64,000 nucleotides of DNA from an uncultured bacterium (lineage in GTDB: Bacteria > Patescibacteriota > Minisyncoccia > UBA6257 > 2-01-FULL-56-20). The stretch spans positions 656,344-720,343 of the forward strand of contig CAVOJZ010000002.1 in assembly GCA_963696395.1 (NCBI GenBank), read 5' to 3'. Below the pieces are notes generated by a model. The model was not told the origin of the DNA and did no database searches. It saw only the letters and a list, made by a program, of their open reading frames with translations. Both the position numbers and the translations under genes were made by a program. Position 1 is the first letter of the stretch, and each line of letters opens with the position of its first letter. Shown here piece after piece: positions 57,114 through 64,000 of the stretch.

Positions 57114-60100
57114 ATGGTAGGAAAACTTCACAAGAAATCTCTCTATATATTGCTGGTTCTCGGGCTTGTTTGTTTTGGGATGCGGGCAGGATACGCGCAC
57201 GCCGATAACCCAACGATTCTTCAAAGTTGTACAAGCGGACACTATAGCGCAACCGCAACGTGTACTCTTACGAATACATTAACAGCCGGAACGACCCTGG
57301 TTGCGGTTGGCTATAGCGGAGCATCTGGCGCGACGTTGTCAACGTCAGGTTGTGGTCTCACATGGACGAAAGTGTTCAGCGATACCGCCTCCTCTAACTT
57401 TACGTGGGACGTTTGGACTGCGACGTCAACGACTGGAGTGTCATGTTCGCCGAGCCAGACCATTAATGTCGGAAACTACAATTTTTTAAATGTCCTTGAG
57501 GTATCGAACATCGGCGCGTTAAATATTTCTCCTGCCGATGAACACGCGGGGTGTGCGACGTCGTGTCAAAGCGGTTCGGTAATCACTACTGCTCCTGGCG
57601 ATTTGGCGTTGGTTGTGGGATTCGTGCCGGGTCAACAGTTAACCTATAGCAACTTTGCAGGCGGGTATACCGTTTTTCAGCAACAAACCTTTACGACCGA
57701 ATCGGGAGGTCTCGGATCGAATGTCGACGCATACTTGGTGCAGTCCGCCGCGGGATCGGCTTCCACCACCTACGACCTTAGCTCTGGCACCGGCTATGCG
57801 GATTCTATTCTCATTCCCTTCACCCAGACTTCATCACCACCTGCCATTTCCTCATTCACCGCCTATCCTATCTGGGTCCCTTCCGTGGGAACATCCACTC
57901 TTTCGTGGAATATATTGAATGCATCTTCTGTTGCCGTCACTCCGGGAAGTTTTAGTACCAGCACCCTCAATGGTTCGACAACGGTGTATCCCACCTCGAC
58001 GACAATCTTCACGCTCACTGCCACGAATGTCCACGGAACAAGCACGGCGACGAGCACTGTCAATGTTGATTCGTCAACGCCAACCACTCCGACGAACCTC
58101 GTCGCGACCGCTATCGATTTTTCACGGATATCTCTCGCGTGGTCATCGAGCACCGATTCGGGCGGGTCGGGTATCGCTGGCTACAATATTTTCAGATGCA
58201 CGGGATCGTGCACTCCCACAATAAAAATCGCGACCTCGTCGGGAGCTTCATATGCGGACAACAATCTCGCCGCCTCCACCACGTACACCTATATCGTTTC
58301 CGCCTTCAATGGAGCGGGGACTTTTTCCCCCACGAGTGCGGCGATGAGCACAACAACTTCGAACAGTAGCGTGAGCGGTCCGTGGACAAGCATTCTCGCG
58401 CCCAGTCGTGCGACCGATTGGACTCAAGCGGGAATCCCGGGAGGCATTCCCAGTCGTGCAACCGTCTGCGCCACTATTACGTCCGGCGCGTCTACTGCAA
58501 ATATTCAGACCGCGATCAATAACTGTCCTGCGAATCAAGTGGTGCTCTTCGGTGCCGGCACTTTTAATCTTACTGCCTCCATCTATGCCAATAAAGGTAT
58601 CGTGTTGCGCGGGAGCGGTCCGACGAATACGACGATCAATCTCGCGACCGGAACCGACATCTATATGGGTTTGAACGGGACTGGTGGATTAGGAAGCGAA
58701 TTCCCGTCCTCGGCGCTTGGTTCCACCAATTGGACGGGCGGACTTGGACAGGGTAGCACGGTCTTGACTTTAGCCAGCACGTCGGGAATTTCTGCAGGCC
58801 AAAATATCGTGCTGGACCAGGACAATGCGCCATGGGTCAACACGACGGGTATTGCGGGTCCATGCACCTCCGGCAACAGCTGTGGTCGAAACGACGACCC
58901 GTTAGGGTTTAGCGGTTCTTCAAACCGAGCACAGGAAGAAATTGTGCACGTGGTGAGCGTGGACAGTCCCACGCAAATTACCATCGCGGCTCCTGGCGTT
59001 TCATTTGATCACAGTGCCAGTCTGTCTCCGCAAGCCTTCTTCTGGACGTGTAACTCGGCCTGCGTCGGCGGTCCCAATTCACCGGGAAATGTTCAGTACG
59101 CAGGCGTTGAAAATATAAGCATTAATGCTAACTCCAACAACTTTGCGGTGAGCATGCCCTATTGCGATTATTGCTGGGTTAAGAACGTAGCGATAACTAA
59201 CCTTGCCCGCTCGGGAGTATTTTTCTGGTGGGGGTATCGAGACGAAGTGCGCGATAGTTATTTTTCCGCATCAAACACTTCCGGCGCCCCAACGGAATAT
59301 GGAATAGAGGTCGAAAATTCGACATTTACCAAAGTCGAAAATAACATACTGTTTGGCATCACTGCGGATTTGCTTCCGGAGGGCTCGTACGGACTTGTTG
59401 CGGGATACAACTATGCGCTAAACACGGCTCCGGGGGCGGAGTTCAGCAGTTTTGAAACGCACTTGTCTCACAATTTCCTTCAACTCTACGAAGGCAATGT
59501 CGTAGCGGGGATAGGATACGATGACGTTTGGGGATCGTCATCGCAAAATACGGATTTTCGCAATTATGTTTCGGGGAATAGTCCGAATAAGAATAATTAC
59601 CGCTATCCAATCGCCATTGATGCGGAGAACGAGTATATGAATATGGTGGGGAATGTTTTGGGCGATGCCTCATTCCACAGGGTATATGTGTGCGATGAAG
59701 CCGACCCCTATATTAGCGACGATTATATTTATGACTTGGGCTTTTCGGATGGTTGTGGGGCCGGTATCACAGATTCTTATCCGTACGATCCTCTGGTCGA
59801 AAGCAGTTTGATGCGCTGGGGAAATTGGGATCCGGCGACATGGATCGCTAACGGTAATACCAATGGTGTGCGTTATTGCACCGGCGCCGGCGCGGGAAAT
59901 CCCGCATGCACTGTTTCTGAAACAGCGAGTACGGATCCAACGTTCCCCGGCCTCGCAAGTCCAACCACAACACTTCCGAATTCTTTCTATTTAGGCAGCA
60001 AGCCATCATGGTTTAACAACGTGAATGGCGTTACTAATGTGCCATGGCCCACTATCGGTCCTGATGTTAACTGCACCACAAACTGTATCGCTAACGCTGC

Positions 60101-61181
60101 TAGTCACGCCGTCATGATTCCCGCAGAGTTGTGTTATGCGAATACGGCAAAAGATGGAAATGGATTTTTGACAGCATTCGACGCGTCGACATGTTATTCC
60201 GGAGAGTATCTCGTTTCTTCCACTCCTCCCTCGATCGCTTCCTTCTCTGCCGCCCCTCAGTATACAGAACCAAGCGTCACCTCAACCCTCTCCTGGAGTG
60301 TGAGTAACGCCTCTTCCGTCTCCATCTCCCCGGGCAGTTTTTCGACCTCAACCCTCATCGGCTCCGTCACCGTGAATCCCACCTCAACCACGACCTACAC
60401 CCTCACGGCTTCTTCGAATGGCAACGGCACAAGTACCGCCCAGACCACCGTGACCGTGCAAAGCATCCCTCCTTCCGTACCCCAGAATCTCTCCGCAACC
60501 CCGGTCTCTCCCTCCGAGATCGATCTCTCCTGGAGTGCCTCCACAAGTTCCATCCCCGTAGCCGGGTATGGCATCTTCCAAGACAGCGTGGAGATTGCAA
60601 CGACCAGTGCTACCAGTTACCAGAATACCGGGCTCAATCAGGACAGCCTCTACGCATATACCGTGGATGCCTTTGACGCCGCAGGGAATGTCTCCGGACA
60701 AAGCTCATCCACAAGCGCAACCACGGAAACCCAGCAATCCGGCGGCGGTGGTGGTGGAGGCGGTGGAGGCGGCGGAGGTGGAGGCGGCGGAGGTGGAGGC
60801 GGCGGCTACTATATCCCTCCCGCATCAACCTCAACCACAACCGGCACGGGGACCGGAACCAGCGGCAACTCCGCACTTCTCCAAACCCTCCTTACCGAAC
60901 TCCTCTCCCTCGTGAAGCAGCTGAATACCCAGCTTGTCGCAACCTTTACGAGAAATCTCACCGTGGGGTCACGGGGGACGGATGTCCAAAACCTCCAGGT
61001 CTTCCTGAATGACAACGGCTACCCGATATCCGAGACGGGAGCAGGATCTCTCGGACACGAATCAACCTACTTTGGCGCCAAGACGGCACAGGCCCTGGCC
61101 AAGTGGCAGAAGGCAAACGGGATCAAGGGGACCGGATTCTTTGGACCGGCAACAAGGGCATTTATGGAGAAGTTGTATTAG
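57114..61181 (+). CDS. Large secreted surface protein P6: Ig/FN3, beta-helix passenger type A, PG-binding C-terminus
   Basis: Signal peptide MVGKLHKKSLYILLVLG; WTSILAPSRATDWTQAG passenger; conserved tail. Confidence 0.85.
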   Translation: MVGKLHKKSLYILLVLGLVCFGMRAGYAHADNPTILQSCTSGHYSATATCTLTNTLTAGTTLVAVGYSGASGATLSTSGCGLTWTKVFSDTASSNFTWDVWTATSTTGVSCSPSQTINVGNYNFLNVLEVSNIGALNISPADEHAGCATSCQSGSVITTAPGDLALVVGFVPGQQLTYSNFAGGYTVFQQQTFTTESGGLGSNVDAYLVQSAAGSASTTYDLSSGTGYADSILIPFTQTSSPPAISSFTAYPIWVPSVGTSTLSWNILNASSVAVTPGSFSTSTLNGSTTVYPTSTTIFTLTATNVHGTSTATSTVNVDSSTPTTPTNLVATAIDFSRISLAWSSSTDSGGSGIAGYNIFRCTGSCTPTIKIATSSGASYADNNLAASTTYTYIVSAFNGAGTFSPTSAAMSTTTSNSSVSGPWTSILAPSRATDWTQAGIPGGIPSRATVCATITSGASTANIQTAINNCPANQVVLFGAGTFNLTASIYANKGIVLRGSGPTNTTINLATGTDIYMGLNGTGGLGSEFPSSALGSTNWTGGLGQGSTVLTLASTSGISAGQNIVLDQDNAPWVNTTGIAGPCTSGNSCGRNDDPLGFSGSSNRAQEEIVHVVSVDSPTQITIAAPGVSFDHSASLSPQAFFWTCNSACVGGPNSPGNVQYAGVENISINANSNNFAVSMPYCDYCWVKNVAITNLARSGVFFWWGYRDEVRDSYFSASNTSGAPTEYGIEVENSTFTKVENNILFGITADLLPEGSYGLVAGYNYALNTAPGAEFSSFETHLSHNFLQLYEGNVVAGIGYDDVWGSSSQNTDFRNYVSGNSPNKNNYRYPIAIDAENEYMNMVGNVLGDASFHRVYVCDEADPYISDDYIYDLGFSDGCGAGITDSYPYDPLVESSLMRWGNWDPATWIANGNTNGVRYCTGAGAGNPACTVSETASTDPTFPGLASPTTTLPNSFYLGSKPSWFNNVNGVTNVPWPTIGPDVNCTTNCIANAASHAVMIPAELCYANTAKDGNGFLTAFDASTCYSGEYLVSSTPPSIASFSAAPQYTEPSVTSTLSWSVSNASSVSISPGSFSTSTLIGSVTVNPTSTTTYTLTASSNGNGTSTAQTTVTVQSIPPSVPQNLSATPVSPSEIDLSWSASTSSIPVAGYGIFQDSVEIATTSATSYQNTGLNQDSLYAYTVDAFDAAGNVSGQSSSTSATTETQQSGGGGGGGGGGGGGGGGGGGGGGYYIPPASTSTTTGTGTGTSGNSALLQTLLTELLSLVKQLNTQLVATFTRNLTVGSRGTDVQNLQVFLNDNGYPISETGAGSLGHESTYFGAKTAQALAKWQKANGIKGTGFFGPATRAFMEKLY

Positions 61182-61245
61182 GAAAGAACGCGGGAAAGAT
61201 TTTGTATAATGTATAAACAGTCGAAAATTAACCAATAATAAACAC

Positions 61246-61644
61246 ATGAACAACAGACCGATACATTTCGAGATTCAGGCTGACGATGCGGAGCGGGCTA
61301 AAAAGTTTTATGAAAATGCATTGGGGTGGAAGATCGACAAATCAACCATGCCGGGCGTTGGTATGGATTATTGGATGGTGATGACAGGGACGGGACCGGG
61401 CATCGACGGTGGTCTTTATAAACGATCCGACAGCCCGCGGAAAGTCACGGCGTTTGATTGCACGATTCAGGTTGAAGACATAGATAAGGTTATCGCCGCC
61501 ATCAAGGCAAACGGCGGCCAGGTGCAGCCTTGGGAAGGAAAAGAAAAATGGGAAATGAAAGGGCTTGGATGGTTTTCCCGGGCGGTAGATCCGGAAGGGA
61601 ATATATTTGGGCTTCTGCAACCCACGGAGTGGCAGGCAAAATAA
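61246..61644 (+). CDS. VOC (glyoxalase/bleomycin resistance) family protein
   Basis: HFEIQADDAERAKKFY..ALGW...GIDGGL...DPEGNIFGL.Q. Confidence 0.92.
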   Translation: MNNRPIHFEIQADDAERAKKFYENALGWKIDKSTMPGVGMDYWMVMTGTGPGIDGGLYKRSDSPRKVTAFDCTIQVEDIDKVIAAIKANGGQVQPWEGKEKWEMKGLGWFSRAVDPEGNIFGLLQPTEWQAK

Positions 61645-61658
61645 GAAATTAAAAAAAG

Positions 61659-61689
61659 AAAAGGCGCATCACATGATGCGCCTTTTTTT
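61659..61689. terminator. Bidirectional intrinsic terminator
   Basis: aaaaggcgcatca-ca-tgatgcgcctttttt. Confidence 0.85.
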
Positions 61690-61760
61690 GTTGTGTACGC
61701 GGTCGGATCAGTACTCCGTGCCACCAACCAATAACTGCAAGCAATCCTAACAATGACTCC

Positions 61761-62648
61761 GCCGCCGCCAGCGTTCTTGCCTTTGGGGCAGCGAATGATT
61801 TTCCGCCAAAACCCAACCAGCTTGTGAACGACTATGCTTCGATGTTGTCTTTGGAAGATCGTGCGAAGATTGAGGGTCGCCTTCGACAATACGAAGCACA
61901 AACATCCATTGATCTCACGGTGGTCACTGTGCCGTCGTTGAACGGGATGCCTATCGAGGACTATTCCGTGGAACTTTTCAAGCAATGGGGCATCGGCAAG
62001 AAAGGAAAGGACAACGGGGTTCTCCTGCTTTTTGCTCCCAGCGAAAGAAAGGTAAGGATTGAGGCTGGGTACGGGATTGAACCGTATCTTACCGACGGTG
62101 CCGCTGGAGACATAATTCGAAACAAAATTGTCCCAGCGTATCGCGCCGGAAAGATTGCGGATAGCGTCTCGGGAGGCGTCGAGGGAATCATCGCGCATCT
62201 CGGCGATAAGCCCTACGGAGATCGTGCTTCTCGTAAGCAAGATCAAGACGATAACGCTGTCTTTGTGGCAATAATTGTTCTCGGAACCCTCGTAGTGGGA
62301 GTCGTGATAATCTTATTTTTCGGTTTCAGAAAAAAAGAATCAAAAACCGAGGAAGAGGAAGGTGATTGTAGGCTATGTCCGACTATGACGTTTCCTTCTC
62401 CAACGCAGGAGCGGGGTTCGTCGAGGCGGTCGCCGAGGGTGCATTTGGAACGGGAAAAGGAATCGGAAAGGCATATTGGGGCCTCTCCCTCAGATGAAGA
62501 AACCACGCGTTCGTCTGCATGGGTCAACTCCGATCCCGATCCGACTCCAGATACGACGTCGTCACAACCAGAGCCAGAGTCCCAACCCGAACCCTTTGAG
62601 TTTGGAGGAGGAGCGTCTGGAGGTGCCGGGGCAACAGGAGATTTGTAG
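61761..62648 (+). CDS. TPM domain protein, 5' end apparently truncated
   Basis: VNDYA..LS...WGIGKKGKDNGVLLL...RIEAGYGIEP.LTD; FGGG.SGGAGA.G tail. In-frame AAASVLAFGAANDFPPKP lies upstream of GTG 61824 but has no ATG. Confidence 0.8.
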   Translation, partial: AAASVLAFGAANDFPPKPNQLVNDYASMLSLEDRAKIEGRLRQYEAQTSIDLTVVTVPSLNGMPIEDYSVELFKQWGIGKKGKDNGVLLLFAPSERKVRIEAGYGIEPYLTDGAAGDIIRNKIVPAYRAGKIADSVSGGVEGIIAHLGDKPYGDRASRKQDQDDNAVFVAIIVLGTLVVGVVIILFFGFRKKESKTEEEEGDCRLCPTMTFPSPTQERGSSRRSPRVHLEREKESERHIGASPSDEETTRSSAWVNSDPDPTPDTTSSQPEPESQPEPFEFGGGASGGAGATGDL

Positions 62649-62718
62649 AACATTGGCGAGCTTTTTCCCGAAGCTCGCCGTTTTTTTATTTCTTGTGCGG
62701 GTTTGATACAATAGCACC

Positions 62719-62982
62719 ATGGCAGAAAAAATTTGCAGCCATAGGGACCAAATAAGGGACGTCCATCCGAAAGACATTACGGTTTGTGAAGACTGCATCA
62801 AAATCGGGGACACGTGGGTGAATTTAAGGATGTGCCTCATTTGCGGGCACGTCGGTTGTTGTGATAGCTCAAAGAATAAGCACGCGACCAAACATTTTAA
62901 AGCGACCGGCCACCCGATCATGAAATCAGTTTCGCCGGGCGAGGAATTTACGTGGTGCTATGTTGACGCCATGTATCTCTAA
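62719..62982 (+). CDS. UBP-type zinc finger protein
   Basis: CEDC...W.NLRMCLICGHVGCCDSS.NKHATKHF..TGHP...WCY.D. Confidence 0.92.
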   Translation: MAEKICSHRDQIRDVHPKDITVCEDCIKIGDTWVNLRMCLICGHVGCCDSSKNKHATKHFKATGHPIMKSVSPGEEFTWCYVDAMYL

Positions 62983-62993
62983 CCCTGGGGAAG

Positions 62994-63887
62994 TCAGTTG
63001 AAAAACGAAATCAAATACTGGTTGATGTCGCGTTGGCTCATGTTGTAGAAATATTCATCGTTCGAATGAAGGAATGTAGCGAGCGACACACCAACGTATC
63101 GCCAGTGCCAGGGTTCAAATTCGTAATAAATGTTTTGCGGCGGATACGAGAGGATAAATCCAAATTGGTAAGCGTTGCCTACGAGCCATGCATACCCGGT
63201 TGAAGATGCAAACTGAGCACGAAGATTTGCTGCTCCCGGAACCCCAAAGTCCACGGCGGTTCCGAGCTGGTGTTCGGAATATCCCTGGTCGGCCGAAAAC
63301 TGGTTAGCGCCTGAGCCGTAAGTATTTGTGTAGTCGAGTTTTAACGTGCCTTGCTGATAGAATGATCGGTAGGCGGAAATGATTTTCAAAGACACTCCGG
63401 CGCGGTCTGCACTTGCGAGGAGAGCTTCAAGTTTCGGGAGCGCTCCCGAAAGGAAAAGTTGTGGCGTGCTGGAATTAAAAAGATATTGCGTATCGATGGG
63501 GGAAAGCGAAGCGGGCACATAATTGTCGCTCAAAAAATACACCTTCGAATATTTCTCAAGAAGCTGGGGGTCAATGGACGCGAGTGTCTGGAGCGACGTC
63601 ACGGTTCCCGAAAGCTGATTAATCTGCGGCTCTAAAGCCGCATTTTCATTTTGCGCAACAGCAAGCGATTGGCTCGTCGAAGCCAGCTGAACGCTCGTTG
63701 ACGCAAGCGCCTGCGAAAGTTCGTCAACCTGAGATTCAAGGTCGGACATATTTCCTTGCAGGGCGGCATTCGCAGTATTCAATTCGCGATAATAGGTATA
63801 AGCCTTATATGATGCCGCGAGCAAGGCAGCCAGAATGATGATAAAACCGATGGCGAAATAGGCGATACGCTTTGGCTTGCTTGTCAT
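62994..63887 (-). CDS. M15B (VanY-like) D-Ala-D-Ala carboxypeptidase with TM anchor and coiled coil
   Basis: SAYRS, SEHQLGTAVD, EPWHWRYVG; start likely MTSKPKR. Confidence 0.92.
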   Translation of the reverse strand: MTSKPKRIAYFAIGFIIILAALLAASYKAYTYYRELNTANAALQGNMSDLESQVDELSQALASTSVQLASTSQSLAVAQNENAALEPQINQLSGTVTSLQTLASIDPQLLEKYSKVYFLSDNYVPASLSPIDTQYLFNSSTPQLFLSGALPKLEALLASADRAGVSLKIISAYRSFYQQGTLKLDYTNTYGSGANQFSADQGYSEHQLGTAVDFGVPGAANLRAQFASSTGYAWLVGNAYQFGFILSYPPQNIYYEFEPWHWRYVGVSLATFLHSNDEYFYNMSQRDINQYLISFFN

Positions 63888-64000
63888 GATGATTAGTATA
63901 CACTGCCCCTTAAACCCTGGACAAAAATGCCACAAATGTGCCTTATAAAAATCAGTAGACAGGCATTCGGGATTGGCTATACTTTATAAAAGGTCGATAA

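Noticed and set aside
2143-61015. Many antisense and alternate-frame ORFs over the large genes (poly-Pro, V/A-rich)
   Set aside because: They are shadow frames of Gly/Ser/Thr-rich coding sequence with no independent motifs.
4647-61181. Diversity-generating retroelement acting on the surface proteins
   Set aside because: No reverse transcriptase is present, and differences between repeated blocks are not adenine-specific.
62994-63887. Vancomycin resistance locus
   Set aside because: A lone M15B peptidase without vanHAX or vanRS is more likely a housekeeping cell-wall enzyme.

Overview
This window looks like chromosomal DNA from a Patescibacteria (CPR), probably Parcubacteria-type, bacterium. 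That is an inference from a short AlaRS, an RNA polymerase alpha subunit lacking its CTD, many apparently leaderless genes and the FtsA-like/baseplate-J-like gene pair. Bases 1-21.7 kb are mostly core genes: tRNA-Gly, dnaG, rpoD, alaS and infA-rpmJ-rpsM-rpsK-rpsD-rpoA-rplQ-rplM-rpsI, plus two very large secreted proteins. From 21.7 kb the window is accessory. It holds an IS30 element, a highly structured ~160-nt leader RNA in front of a Type III restriction-modification operon, and a ~31-kb co-oriented array (30.0-61.2 kb). The array contains five 1,159-1,803-aa paralogous surface proteins, with a sixth paralog at 4.6 kb. They share a mosaic Ig/FN3/poly-Gly/peptidoglycan-binding scaffold but carry different beta-helix-like passenger domains. 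Small cargo modules alternate with them: an NYN RNase with a convergent antisense sRNA, an ABC exporter, TspO and a duplicated zinc-ribbon gene. Seven copies of a short GGGCGAAG palindrome family mark the module borders, and three paralog promoters contain a length-variable poly-C tract. The best candidates for undescribed biology are this repeat-delimited, possibly phase-variable surface-protein array, the RM leader RNA and the NYN/antisense-RNA pair. I saw no CRISPR array, reverse transcriptase or integron integrase. All calls are from visual inspection; no searches were run.
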